Assembly (NCBI GenBank): GCA_951406725.2
Contig: OX597821.1
Location: 16,058,001 to 16,122,000, forward strand
Direction: 5' to 3'
From: Octopus vulgaris
Lineage: Eukaryota
Length of the DNA stretch: 64,000 nucleotides
Positions 12,640 to 26,790 of this stretch are shown one piece after another; positions within the stretch are counted from its first letter, which is position 1; the number at the start of each line of letters is the position of its first letter. The notes under the pieces were generated by a model, which saw nothing but the letters and a program-made list of their open reading frames with translations, had not been told where the DNA came from and ran no database searches. A program made the translations under genes and the position numbers.

Positions 12640-14168
12640 AGCAAATTCTGACAATGTACTTTTTTATCTAATAATGTCTGCAGATTGAAGCTTTTCCTTA
12701 CCACACGTGTTAGCAAATGCATGCGCTCTTCAAAGTTAGTGTACAGCCAACTGTGCGTGTTTATGAAACTATACTGTTCCAACATGTGGGTCACTATTTC
12801 TAAATGATGTACAGCCTGCCATCTTTGTGAGGAGAGTGATATTACACTGTTTGTTTTAATATACATATACAACCATAGATTTATTTAATATTCAAACAAG
12901 GCTCCAGGTATTCGATCACTGCTACATGAAGGCAACCCGATACTGTCTACAATTCTGTTTTTGCAACAATAAAATAACACTAAGCCCACACGGCTTTTAT
13001 CTTTCTCTTTTTTGTGGAACATCGTCTTATCTAAGCGGCAACAGCTATGTACCGTCCTAAGACAAATTATAAATCACTGCAACTTGTGCAATGTATCACT
13101 ACGAAAGGTGATGTCTGCACGTATGTAGATTCTAATTTGCTTGTCACATACGTTTCTCACCTTCATTCCAGTTAATAAACTACCGGTTTCTCAGTCTCAA
13201 AATATATTTCTACAATTCTTTCAAAGGCATTGGCTTTCTCTACAGTTTTTGAATTCTTCCAACCGCTATAATCTCTTCGAATCTATTCCCTATTCATGGC
13301 ACCGATCTATATCAAGTAATTCACCAATCACTGAAGTTATTTCGTTCTGGTTCAAACCACCGTAAAAAACTTTGACTAATCAGCATGTTCATTCCACACA
13401 GAAGCTATAATGCAGAAACTGAATTTCTTGAAATTATCATCTATACAAATATCATGTCATACAACTACCGCATGTTCATTACAAAACAAATAAAATTCCC
13501 CAAATACCCATTTCCAACCGTTATAGCCTACGGGGCTGCAAATCATGTGACATGTCAAAATTTCGCCAGTATAATGAGAATACCAGAATATATATATTTA
13601 TTCCACCTTGGTTCATCTGAAACAGGTAGTTAAGTGATTGGGATTGTCACTTTAAGCCTCTGCAAAATCTACACAAATGTTGCAGCACGAAAACCTTGGT
13701 GATCCACAAAACATAACCCAAAGTAACTGGCAACAAATGTAACCAACACTGTAACTCGGGCATGTCAACCATAGGAACAGCAAAAAGGTCTTCTGTGCAT
13801 CAACAATTAAGCTTGCTTCCTACCCAAAATCAATGCGATCACTTTTGTTCTTTGTCCTGGAGAATTTTCATACCTCTGCACAAAATATTTTCCATTCCCA
13901 ACAATGCAACGTGAAGAGCTGTTGCTAGGAGCTGGCATGTATTTTGTCATATCCCCTGGGCCACTCGATACCCATACCTCTTCACTCATTGATCTACAGA
14001 TGGCATCACACTAACCACTATGACATTTCCATTTCCGTGGAAATTTTAACCTGCTTTTTCTGAAACTCGAAACTTTATATAGATGTCGATACACACTGAT
14101 GGGAAAACAATAAGGGTCAAAAACTGATTAATGTTTTCCATATTTTCTTCAATCTACGGGGAAACTAG
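12640..14168 (+). mobile_element. Putative highly degraded autonomous Helitron (Pif1-like helicase half and 3' end)
   Basis: Weak frameshifted motifs in the expected order (SS..AATAM..KT; PIHGT..QVIHQSLK..KKL*L; IPP..LQNL; IKLA..KIN). Terminus ctacggggaaaCTAG|t at 14165-14168. Alignment by eye only. Confidence 0.4.
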
Positions 14169-15039
14169 TAAATTTTTTCCCTGCTTTTATACCTACTACA
14201 CACATAAATACACGTGTGTGTGAATATGTGTGTATGTGCGTTCGCGTGTGTGTGTGTACACAGCATATTTATACATACATATTCGGTAGAGATGAAAGGC
14301 AAATTTTGTCTCGGAGCGATTTGAACTCATAATGTAAATTGCCAGAGGAGATGCTGCGGTGCATTTTGTCAGATCTGCTAATGCACAGCTTTATAGACAC
14401 ACATACACAATAATAGACACATGTTTGCAATCATGCACGCATACACGCACACACACAAACACATACATACACACATACATAAGACTGTACTCTCACGTAG
14501 ACATATATAGAATCATGCAGGCTCGCGCACGCACACACGCGCACATGAACATCTGTAAGCATACAAAATCATGCGCTGTACATGTACAATTGTAAACTCA
14601 TATATACATACCTGCATATACGTCCATACACATACACCTATATACTTACATACATACATACATATAATAATATGAATATATGAACAGCCTTATAGCAACA
14701 TGCTCGTTTTTTTCTAAATACACGATCAGAACAAAGTAGCTTGTAACAAAAATGTTACTGTTGCTTTTACTTCTACTGCTGTAGCAATATCCATATTTGT
14801 CAATACTACAATATTAAACTGTAGCTGAGATGGTGTACTTCCTTGTATACTATATCTTCGGAATTTATCGATTATTCAAAAATGTTAAAAACATTTCAGT
14901 TTCAAACGACATTTCTATGCTCCACTGTACACAGACGCATAGCTCTCTGGCTTTTGCTTGTCGTATATGTTTATATGTATACACAGAAGAAATGTTGCAT
15001 ATAAAGCATATGTACTTATGCGTATACATAAATTCATAC

Positions 15040-15390
<351 letters not shown>

Positions 15391-15744
15391 AATTACATAC
15401 ATATTCATAAGCTTTAACAAAAGTATAACAAACACACGCAAATTTGCATGCATACATACATATATACATACAGACATGCATATATGTAACAGGTGTCTCT
15501 TAGTGAAAAATACCCTTTTCGGAGACAAGCTTAACAAACGCTAGTTGTAGTTATCAGGTAATCACTGCATTAAAGATACTAAAACTGACAAGAATTTTAT
15601 ACTTGACCAATGAGTTCCTGATTTATAATTGTCGCTTGCTATATGCTATATACTGGGTTTCATATATACATTATCAAATTAAGGGCAGCAACTAGCAAAG
15701 ATATTGCAAAGTGTTCTTAGATTTAATAGATATGGGATAAATCG

Positions 15745-15890
15745 ACGAGCTGACAGAAAGGCTAGCACGCCGGTGAAAGTGCTTGGCGGCACTTTTTTCG
15801 TCTTACGCTCTGTCCTCAAATTCCACCGAGATCGAATTTGTCTTTCATCCTTTCGGAATCGATAAAATGAGTACCAGTTGAGCACTGGAC
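15745..15890 (+). mobile_element. Old SINE family B copy
   Basis: gagctgacagaaaggctagcacgccgg...caaattccaccgag...tttcatcctttcgg..tcgataaaatgagtaccag. Confidence 0.7.
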
Positions 15891-16035
15891 TCGCAGAAAT
15901 CGTTTTAGCGTGTCCTCCGAAATTTCTGGGGTTCTCTCAGACTATAAGACAAACGTAAGTAGAATGAGTGGGTATGTGTATGCGAGTGTATATATGTATC
16001 TGTGCGTGTGTATGTGTGTATGAGGAAATACACAT

Positions 16036-16080
<45 letters not shown>

Positions 16081-16326
16081 ACAATTAAGGATAACTTCTT
16101 AATAAGGAATCTTAACAAGAAATTATCAGGTAGATAGCGTGAAAAACCTCATAAGAGAAAAATTTCGAAAATAATTCTTTCTTATTGAACATATTAATTT
16201 ATATATAGAGGGCATTATTATACATACATGCCTCACGCTAAGAGGGACATCAGTCATTTCTACCAAAAAGTTTACTAATCATACCCAATGCAATTTTTCA
16301 AAGCAAGACATTTAAAAAATGAATTT

Positions 16327-16390
16327 AGTCTTGTATCACCTGTGATTTCGCACTTACCGCAGAGTTGCGACCGTGCTCATCAGCAAGACT
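16327..16390 (-). ncRNA. Type I hammerhead ribozyme motif (left arm of palindrome)
   Basis: Exact reverse complement of 16586-16649. Confidence 0.85.
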
Positions 16391-16585
16391 GATTCTGAAC
16401 ATATAAATAAATGACCAGTACCGTCAAAGTCGAACAGCCATCTGCTCTATTCCAACGAAGCACATGGAGAAGTTTACAAATCATACGTATGATTTGTAAA
16501 CTTCTCCATGTGCTTCGTTGGAATAGAGCAGATGGCTGTTCGACTTTGACGGTACTGGTCATTTATTTATGATATGTTCAGAATC

Positions 16586-16649
16586 AGTCTTGCTGATGAG
16601 CACGGTCGCAACTCTGCGGTAAGTGCGAAATCACAGGTGATACAAGACT
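16586..16649 (+). ncRNA. Type I hammerhead ribozyme motif (right arm of palindrome)
   Basis: agtcttg-CTGATGA-gcac..gtgc-GAAA-tcac ag gtga-TA-caagact. Intact core, 7-bp stem I, 4-bp stem II, stem III present; predicted AUA cut after 16642. Confidence 0.88.
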
Positions 16650-16823
16650 AAATTCATTTTTTAAATGTCTTGCTTTGAAAAATTGCATTGGGTATGATTA
16701 GTAAAATTTTTGGTAGAAATGACTGATGTCCCTCTTAGCGTGAGGCATGTATGTATAATAATGCCCTCTATATATAAATATATATTTATATATATATTTA
16801 TATACATATATATATTTATATAC

Positions 16824-16856
<33 letters not shown>

Positions 16857-17106
16857 CGTATATATATGTATATATTATGCATGTATGTATGTATGTGTAT
16901 GTATATATATATATATATACGGACATACTCTTGCATCGAAAGACTTAAACAAATCCTTGGATACGACTTTTTCCCTTTCTCCCAGGAATGCGTGTGTGTA
17001 TGTTGGAGTATACACGTACACACATACAAGAAAGAGTAGAAGCCATGACCTTATTAGTGATACGAATGAGATTCATGCTATTATTGACCTTTTTATATAT
17101 TTATAA

Positions 17107-17440
17107 GACATATCTGCGGAAAATATGACATGGTTTGGTGATTGGAAACGGAGATTTTGGCGTAGCGAGTATCGTGAGACCTGGGAGATGAAGACAACGA
17201 GGAGAAGATGAGGAGAATAGAGGCGATTAAGAATGCCTAAATGAGGCAGGCTTTAGACCAGAGATAATTATTGAAGCGTTAGAAATGCAGAGAGCGGAGA
17301 CTGCTATCAGAAAAGGTGGGGGTTTATGCAGGTTTACATGTTATTACATGTATCGGATAACCGATTCTGGGTAGCTTAACAGGATTTTGCGTAGGAAAAG
17401 CACCATAACTGGTGTGAGAGTTATGACCTGTTGTGAGCAC
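17107..17440 (-). mobile_element. Possible CR1/L2-like LINE 3' remnant
   Basis: Minus-strand frameshifted translation AVSALCI/F*RFNN...RYAKIS resembles the VSSLxxFYRYxNG...HYxxSF C-terminus of CR1-group ORF2. Confidence 0.4.
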
Positions 17441-17909
17441 AACTTGAATTTTGACCATCATCAATAATTATTGAGAACAACTAATAATAATTGTTGAGGA
17501 CCTTGGAAAAACAAGCCAGTCGATGGTATGCGTTTTTACTTACGCTCACCCTTGTGGTTCTACAAAATGAGCTCCCCTTTGAAATGAAGATGAAATACTT
17601 GTTACGATTTTGAATATTCGGCAAAAGAAGCTGATACAATAAGCACTAAGCTTACAAAGTACTGGGATCGATTTGTTCAACTACAACCCTTTAAGGCGGT
17701 GCTCCAACATGGCCGAACTCAAATGATTGAAACAAGTAAAAGAATAAAATAATAAAAAGAGGACGAAGGATCATTTGGTGTGTAAGGAAGCTAATTCCAG
17801 CCTCAACGGTTTAACGTAAGGAAAATAACTCCGTCAAGAATGGTGGCCTTGTTAGTTAAAAGAAGGCGATGATAAGCGTACATGCAGATAACAAGATAAA
17901 GAGGAAGGA

Positions 17910-18146
17910 CAATATATATCTTTATTGCCCACAAGGGGCTAAACATAGAGGGGACAAACAAGGACAGACAAAAGGATAAAGTCGATTACATCTACCCCAG
18001 TGAGTAATTGGTACTTAATTTATCGACCCCGAAAGGATGAAAAGCAAAGTCGACCTCGGCGGAATTTGAACTCACAACGTAGTGGCAGAGAGTTCAAATT
18101 CCGCCGAGCTCTCTGCCGCTACGTTGAGGACCTTGAAAGGTCCTCA
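17910..18146 (-). mobile_element. 5'-truncated SINE family B with rearranged 5' end
   Basis: Family B body 17915-18090, then inverted fragments and a hairpin. 12-bp direct repeat aaagaggaagga at 17898-17909 and 18147-18158. Confidence 0.85.
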
Positions 18147-18327
18147 AAAGAGGAAGGAAATGAATCAGACAGATAATCAAGTACACAGGCAGACAAGACA
18201 GCAAGCAGATAGAGAGAGAGGCAGACAAAGAGACAGAATGAGAGCGAGGTAGAATGAAACAGGGCAGACTGTCAGATGAGCTAGCACGCAGTCAGATAAA
18301 TAGATGCTTGCGAGGCTGTATGTGTGT

Positions 18328-18364
<37 letters not shown>

Positions 18365-18884
18365 CTCTATATGCATGCAACCGCACGTCTGTCATTTTAT
18401 GGGCAGTATATGTAGATATGTGTGCCTGTGTGAAGATACGTGGTTGTACACATCTCGCTCTCATCAATAAAGATTTCCATTGAGTTATGTAATTTCCCAG
18501 CATTTCTCATATCAATAAGGTATCAATTATTTGTCTTTACTTCCCATGCTTGACTGTACATTACACAAAATATCGACAAATCTGAAGTCTCCAAAATAAT
18601 TTAACCTTTCATTTCACGTTGAAACATCAATATTTGATCTATGAAATGCCGTTACCATAATATTTACACATTTCAATGGTTGTTTGACTCTTCATCCTGC
18701 GTAGTTACTGCAAGTAAATATATGTTTACCATCATGGTTGTTACTTTTGGTTAGACCATAAAAAATATTTTGTCCTAGAATTATAACGAATGTCAAAAAT
18801 TGCCCGTTGTCATGACAGAAATAATTTAGGTGAATCAAATCCGTAGACCAGATATTTTTACAACAGGGAAAAATTGAATCATGT

Positions 18885-19135
18885 ATCTTTTATCGATTCT
18901 TTGTTTCAGTCACTTGACTGCAGCCACACTGGAGTGCCGCCTTAAAGGGTTTTAGTCGAACAAATCGACTCTAGGACTTACATCTTAAGCCGAGTACTTA
19001 TTCTATCGTAATCTTTTTCCGAACAGCTAAGTTACGGGGTCTTAAATACACCAAAACCGGTTGTCAAGCGGTGGTTGGGGCAAACACAGACACAAAGACA
19101 CACACACATAGATACACAAACATAGATAGATAGAT

Positions 19136-19217
<82 letters not shown>

Positions 19218-19672
19218 GATACAATGGGCTTCATTCAGCTTCCATCTACCAAATGGACTCACAAAGCTGTAGTCGACCCGAGGCTATGGTACAATGGTTC
19301 CCAAACAATTTCGGGCTGCCGCCCCCTTGAGCCCCCGGCTAAAATCATCGAGCCCCACCTCGACTAACCATCACAAGCATAGACCTTTCTAAAGCAAAGG
19401 AAAAGCAACTGTACTTCACGAAAAAATCTTTACACAATAAACCCATTATTTTCTTGCTTTTACATGAAACGCTACCGCATTATCTCCTAATTTTTTTTCA
19501 ATGCCCCCTTGGACTCTTCCCTCGCCTCTAGGGTGGGGGGCAATACCGTCCACTTTGGGAAACACTGCTATAGCAGAAGACAGTTGCTCAACATGACACC
19601 AAGTGAGATTGAACCTGGACCCATATGGTTGGGAAGCAAAATTCTCCCAACACAGCTACGCCTATGCCTGTA
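18885..19672 (-). mobile_element. SINE family A interrupted by a hAT-type MITE
   Basis: Tail 18885-19100, internal (GATA)n, head split at gaggctat|...|ctatagcagaagaca. Confidence 0.85.
19292..19567. mobile_element. hAT (Charlie-like) MITE
   Basis: TIRs caatggttcccaaa / tttgggaaacactg; imperfect 8-bp TSD ctatggta / ctatagca. Confidence 0.75.
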
Positions 19673-20053
19673 TACAAATATTTCTCAAATCTTACTATGA
19701 AGAACTAAAAACACCAGTTCTAACAAAATTCCTCACAGAGAGAAAAAAAGTATAGTGTTTCATTTAAGGGATATTTAAAATTAGGGTGACGATGATTACC
19801 CTGCATGTTGTAAGCAAGTGTATTGCGAATAGGAAGCACTCAAAAATTGCTTCCTAATTGACTTTTAGATTAAAGCATGATGATTGATAACTTGAACGTA
19901 TACACCTTTGATTAAAACAGTACTGAATAACGTAGTCATTCGACTGGGAAGAATATCACGGTACAATAAAGAATCTGAATGGCAGGGTGCGGATTTTGTT
20001 GATGGTGATGTTGGTGGTAGCAGTTGTTCAGGTGAAGTTTACTTAAGTCTTGT

Positions 20054-20246
20054 GGCGCAGGAGTGGCTGTGTGGTAAGTAGCTTGCTAACCAGTCATATG
20101 GTTCCGGGTTCAGTCCCACTGCATGGCATCTTCAGTCCCACTGCATGCAGTCCCACTGCAGGGCAAGTGTCTTCTGCTATAGCCCCGGGCCGACCAATGC
20201 CTTGTGAGTGGATTTGGTAGACGGAAACTGAAAGACGCCTGTCGTA

Positions 20247-20330
<84 letters not shown>

Positions 20331-20555
20331 TGTGTGTGTGTCTGTGTTTGTTCCCCTAGCATTGCTTGACAACCGATGCTGGTGTGTTTACGTCCCCGTC
20401 ACTTAGCGGTTCGGCAAAAAGAGACCGATAGAATAAGTACTGGGCTTACAAAAAGAATAAGTCCCAGGGTCGAGTTGCTCGACTAAAGGCGGTGCTCCAG
20501 CATGGCCGCAGTCAAATAACTGAAAGAAGTAAAAGAGTAAAAGAGTAAAGAGTAA
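20054..20555 (+). mobile_element. SINE family A, full length (tRNA-like head, CORE-like gggcaagt box, internal microsatellite, (AAAGAGT)n-like tail)
   Basis: A-box tggctgtgtgg, B-box-like ggttcagtccc (locally triplicated cagtcccactgca), tail gtaaaagagtaaaagagt. Confidence 0.92.
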
Positions 20556-21171
20556 ACTCAACCAACACGTCGTTTAATCCGGAATCGTGGTTTTTTGGCA
20601 TTACTCTCTCCATTACAGGTTTGGGTATCAGCATTTCCGAGGCAGTACTGAGTTAATTAAAGAAGAAATTACTATCATAAACTTGCAAACAAAGCTACCA
20701 CTGAAACGCTGCTTGTTTGGTTGCTTTGTAAGAATTTGGCAAGTTGGAACGTTAAAAACGAACTAAATGTTCTTTTGATTCTGAAGATAGCAAATAGTTT
20801 TAAAAAGTGATTAAAATTGTCAATAAATATAATGTACACAGACTCACAAGCACAATTATGCAGATAGATTCTCCTAGATAAGTGCTTTAGAGAAATATTT
20901 TGACTGAACTAAAACACACATTTAAGTTTTGTAGTCTTTAATTTTGTTCTCCCTTCGCACTAAGTAAAAATCATTGTGTACTGTATTGACGTTTAATTCT
21001 GTTAGTAAGAATTCTTTGCTAATCATATTAAATTCACTTCAATGAATTATATTTTTAATTAAAAAACGCCTATGCTCTTAGGTAAAAAAATATTCTAAAT
21101 TGTATGTAATTCAATCGTTGCTCTTTTTATTGTATTTATTTTAGTAATATATTATTAAATTTTATACTGAA

Positions 21172-21572
21172 CTAGCAGTATCGCCCGGCGTTGCTCGGGT
21201 TTGTAAGGGAAATAACTATATAAGCATTTTTAGAGAGTTATAGCCAAAAAATAGCAAAACAATGCATCAAAAATGGGAAAAAAATTATGGCAATTTTTTT
21301 TTTAAATCGTTGACTCATCGTAGACATTTTTAGAGAGTTACTTCCCTTATATAATAGCGAAAAAATGCATTGAAATGGAAAAAAATGATGGTATTTTTTT
21401 TTTTAATCGTAGACTCATCGTAGACGCGCGCTAATACCCAGAAGGGCTCGATATGGATCACGACTATAAGATACCAGGTTTTGGTTAAACTGCACCGCAA
21501 AATGTGGGAGTAGTTAGGAATCTAAATCGTAGGAGACAGACACTCACACAACTTCACTTTTATATATAAAGA
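21172..21572 (-). mobile_element. Non-autonomous Helitron
   Basis: On the minus strand: a|TCtttatatataaaa...cccg agcaacgc cggg cgatactgCTAG|t. 5' TC, subterminal hairpin, 3' CTAG, inserted between A and T with no TSD; ~100-bp internal tandem duplication. Confidence 0.85.
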
Positions 21573-24179
21573 TTTGTTTCCGCACTCGTCGTTTGACGAA
21601 ATATTGCTTTTATGTTACGCGGACGAGTCACACGAATTACGACATATATTCCAAAATAGGATATTTGTTCCAATTAGTAAACGGAATATTGTTTCACCAC
21701 ACTTGAATTATTTAGTAATTTTGAAATGCTGAAATATAGTTTCATCCTTGCTAATTTTCATCCTTAATCAAGAATGATTGGCAAACTGGTACGTGCGTTA
21801 CGAGAATTTCAATGAATTCCAAAATGTAGCTCTGTAGGTAATATATATCAGATATATAAAACTTTCATCAATTGGGCTAAATATAAATCCACTAAGTATG
21901 AAAATAGAAAGCACTTCTCATTGAAAATACAAGCTAACACCTTACAAAGGAAATGAAAAGCATTTTGCAGGACAATGACAGAGAGACAAGACTTGTGCCG
22001 CATAATTATGTTTCTTTCCATCAGAGTCGTCTGGGATTGGGCAATAACCACCCCACCCTTACCACCACCTCCATATTTGAATTAAATTGACATCCTTTGT
22101 ATTTTGGTTACAAGTTCTCAAAATATATCATTGCTATGTGAAAACATTTCAATAGGGAACTCATTAGATGTTACCATTTATCATTGCATGAAGGACTTGT
22201 CATAAGTGCTATATGTAAACATGGTTTCCTCTTTGTATAGTTTTGAAATAAAAGAGTAAAGTGAACTGATAACGAAATGTAGAGAGAGCGTCTTTTCAAG
22301 AAGAGGTTAACATAATTGATATAGCGATTCAAAAACGAAGAGAACATAGTAAAACGCATCTTTATTGCAGCCAATAATCTAGGTTAGTCGACACTAACAA
22401 CACACTGTTCGATTTCTTTTAGTATGGAAACTAACTGAAGCAATATACATAACTGCACCAATGTGAAGGTGTTGTGAAAATAATCAATAATTCTGTAATA
22501 CTGCAGCTGACAATTGTTGAAAGAATGATGATCTACAAAAGTTGCACACAAACATAACACAATTCTGAATGTATAGATAACGTACGTACAAGTTTACAGA
22601 ATTATAAGTAAATTGAAAACAGAGAGTATAAAGCAGAACATATACAGAAATATATACACAATATGTAGATGTTTTAATGCACACACAAACACTCACACAT
22701 TCATATATATATGTGTGTGTGTGCGTGTGCGTGTGTGTGTATGTATCTATATATATATGTATATGTTTATATATGAGGGGGATGTTTGTGTGTATGTGTT
22801 TGTGCATGTGTCTACCGCCACATCGCTTGATAATCGATGTTGGTGTGTTTCCGTCCTCTATATAATGAGGACGCAGTAACATGACTGAAACAAGTAAAAG
22901 AATAAAAGAATAATATAAGCGTTAAAAAAATATGTGTACGTGTGTGAGGGCTTTATTCTTACACACCCATACAGACACGTTGGTATTTTCCACATATAAA
23001 CACATTTATAGAAAGATATCTATAAACAATGTTTACGTTAATGACGTTCTTTATTGACTTGCAATTTCGTGTTTAATTCCTCTCGGGACCAGACTTATAT
23101 ATATTATCTTAGCTTATTTTCTAAAGGACAATTTGTCACTCATACGCTTTACACTACCGAAAGATACTCACTGACTCTATTGATCTTTATGATTTGAACA
23201 TTATTAATCACTGGAACAAATACGTCCATGCCTTAGATTAGACTATACAATGTTCGGTTCGCTACGATGTTATTTCGATTTATTTCACGTCGGTCTTAAT
23301 TTCATTTCCGGGGAGGACGAATACGTTTATAAGAGTTCATTTATTATTACAAAATCAAGTAGTTTGATCATAATATCAAAAGAGAGCAATGTTTTGGCTC
23401 GGTTATTCGGTTCCTTGCCATCTCATTTCAATTCGCTTTTAAATACTTTTTAATTTACTAAGGTCGTAATTTCCCTTCGAAAGCGGAATAGGAATATCAC
23501 AACTCAATTTTAATAACAAAATCTATCGGATTATGAGGAATATCAAAAGAAAGCAATATTTTACTCAGTTGTGATCGCGACGGGATCCGTTAAATTCCAG
23601 TTTAATGGCCCCTGTCAACACCATGACCAAACAAATCCTGGGCAATTCCAATTACAAAAAAGTAGAACTGATTTACCGTGTTTCAACTGATAAGGCTGCG
23701 GTTTCAAATGTATCCAGAAGGTGTTTGCATTTAAATGCTCTGCTACATGTAAGCGCAACACGCAGGGAATATGCAACGCATGTGAATATATACTAATTTT
23801 CAAACTTTTGTATGGTAGTCAACCCATTCCATCAAGCAATAAAACTATGAATGAATAAATAAAATCATTTAACATGGTAGTAAATTAAAGACACAAACGA
23901 CAGAAAAGTTAAGGTTTGCCTGGTTCCTTTCTAATCTCCGTTAATTTAGTTCAAGCAAAACCTTGTAGCGTTTATTCTAAAGTATTGCAGATACAATTCT
24001 TTGTTGCACATAACAGCGGCATTATGATGAATCAATGTGAAACTCGTTTTTAAACCGATAACCCATCGTGCTATAGTTGGCAATTTGGATTATATGAACA
24101 GGCGGTAAATGTATGAAACGACACCTGGAATACTCAACTTTTCAGCACTAATCCTAATTGTAGATTTTTGGTCCATCGG

Positions 24180-24404
24180 TACTCTTTTACCCTTTTACTC
24201 TTTTACTTGTTTCAGTCATTTGACTGCGGCCATGCTGGAGCACCGCCTTTAGTCGAGCAAATCGACCCCGGGACTTATTCTTTGTAAGCCCAGTACTTAT
24301 TCTATCGGTCTCTTTTGCCGAACCGCTAAGTGACGGGGACGTAAACACACCAGCATCGGTTGTCAAGCAATGCTAGGAAGACAAACACAGACACACAAAC
24401 ACAT

Positions 24405-24464
<60 letters not shown>

Positions 24465-24622
24465 GACAGGCTTCTTTCAGTTTCCGTCTACCAAATCCAC
24501 GCACAAGGCATTGGTCGGCCCGGGGCTATAGCAGAAGACACTTGCCCAAGATGCCACGCAGTGGGACTGAACCCGGAACCATGTGGTTGGTTAGCAAGCT
24601 ACTTACCACACGGCCACTTCTG
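24180..24622 (-). mobile_element. SINE family A, near full length, young
   Basis: Near-identical reverse complement of 27249-27682. Confidence 0.92.
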
Positions 24623-26620
24623 TGGTAGCATAAGATAGAAGAGGAAGACGCCGGAAAATTGCTTCCGGATTACTTATGTACTGAGTTCCAATACCAATGT
24701 TGACTTTGACTTTTATCCTTTTTGGGTCGGTACAATAAGTATTAGTTGAGCACTAAGATAAACGTATTTGTCTTCACACTTTCCCTTTAAATGGCTAAAC
24801 TTGTACTAGCAATTACAAAGAATACTAGATATAAAAGTGTTGATTAATATTCAGTTTATCAGTGAGTATTAGAGTCGCTTATATATATATATATATATAT
24901 ATATCACACATTAATTATAAGCGAAATATGTCCTCCTGCTAGTTCTAGGGAAAATATTAGCTTCTCAGTCGATTCACACAAAATAATGGCTACCTTATAT
25001 ATCTACACACGTTCCAATATATTCAGAGTATTTGAAATTTGAATCTGGAGGACAATCATTTCTGACTTAATGTGTGAATGGTTACAAATTACAAAGGAAA
25101 AAACCCGCCAGTAAATCCATATTAACGCAGAGGCAACTGAAAACGATTTGTTTCTTCCAGTGCAGTTACATCTTGCTAAATGGGTTTGTTAGATATAGAT
25201 TTGAAATATTTTTTTTATGTTTCTATAATCAGCATTTTATTCTGTTTCTTTTTCCCTTCTAAAATATATATGTATTTTTATTGCTGTATTTTATCTTGAT
25301 TTAATTGTCAACTACATATGTACTATACATGTTGACAATAAAATATAGAACAAGAACAGATACTGCAAAAAATATCGAATAGTGAACGCAAATATTTGTA
25401 GGAAAATAATATTATATATATATCGAAGAGTGTTGTCGCTTTTATTCTATTATGAAGACTCTATTGATCTACGAACGGTGAATAAAAATGTGTGGCGAGA
25501 TACGAACACAAAAACAATGCTATATTCTCAATATATTCACTGCAAAGTGACTGTTCGAAAATCTCTGCTTTCTGTACCTACCTGTAATTAAATTAAAAGC
25601 ACGTACCTGTAAGTATACTATAAAACAGAACATTAAATGTGTTCTAGCAATTAATTGTGATGAAAAATCCTACAGCACTTGCAACAAATTAGTTCAATGG
25701 GTATATTATGATATATGTGCATTAAGCCCGAATGATTGAAAATTTCACTACGTAACCGCGAGGTCTGGGGTTCTATCCCTCTGCATGTCATCTTAGTCGA
25801 TACCATTTTCCACAGCCCCTGGTTAACCCATATCTTGCGAATGAAAATGGGTAGATGAAAACTGTATGGTGGATTGTATGAGCTGTTTAAAATATGCAGC
25901 CTTGTCACTCAGTCTGTTATGCAGTGTGTCACACAGAATCTACTAAAGGTTTTTACTAAGATTATATGTGCCTGTTGCTCAGCCACTTACGTGTTAATTG
26001 TGGACCAGGTAATTTAGTTGATTGAACTCATCAACCGAACGACGGAAATGTTCCATATTATAATATGCAATATTTAAAGAACATTGTATGCATCAACATT
26101 AACTGACAGGGAGTATTTTAGCATATGCAAGAGATTATGTATTAGGTAAGGTTGAAGAAGAATAAAATTAGACTGTGTCAGGTACAGTAAAATACAGAAT
26201 GGATATTAGAGTAGCGCGTATTAAACTATTTTGCTCTATTAAAGAATCTGAACTCTATAGGATCACTAGGTATACTTTAGAAGGGAGTGTACTGATGCAT
26301 GATAATAAATTGTAAATATGTTTAATATATCGTAGAAACAAACTGTTTCCTTACAGAAAAAATAGGCAACAGATAATTCGCACAGGGAAATGTTGATACC
26401 ATAAAAAATATACTGTCATAAATATTTAATTATTACATCAGGTAAATGAGCCATGCATGTCTCTGTTGAGAATCCTTACATTTAGTTAGTGTGTATATTA
26501 TTAACTATATCATGGTAATAGCACGCTATAAAGCAGACTAAAATACGGAGACTGGAAGTGTGTTGCATCTAATAGCATAATGGTAATTCATTTTTTTCTT
26601 TCAATATTTATTCTTACGTT

Positions 26621-26790
26621 AAGGCGGCGAACTGGCAGATTAGCTATTGCGCCGAGCAAAGTGCTTAGCGGTACTTCGTCCCTCCTCACGTTCTGAATTC
26701 AAATTCGCCGTGGTCGAATTTGCCATTTATTCCTTTTGGAATAAAATAACTACCAGTTAAGTACTAGGGTCGATGTTATCGACTTATCCA
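26621..26790 (+). mobile_element. Diverged SINE family B
   Basis: aaggcggcgaactggcaga...ttcaaattcgccg.ggtcga...taccagtt. Confidence 0.7.

Larger units (their letters stand above)
16081..16779 (-). mobile_element. Palindromic pseudo-LTR element: ~583-bp spacer-less palindrome plus unpaired tail
   Basis: Arms 16197-16486 and 16487-16779, centre tcatac|gtatga. I see only one substitution and one 3-nt indel between arms. Unpaired 16081-16196; (TA)n on both flanks. Confidence 0.85.
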
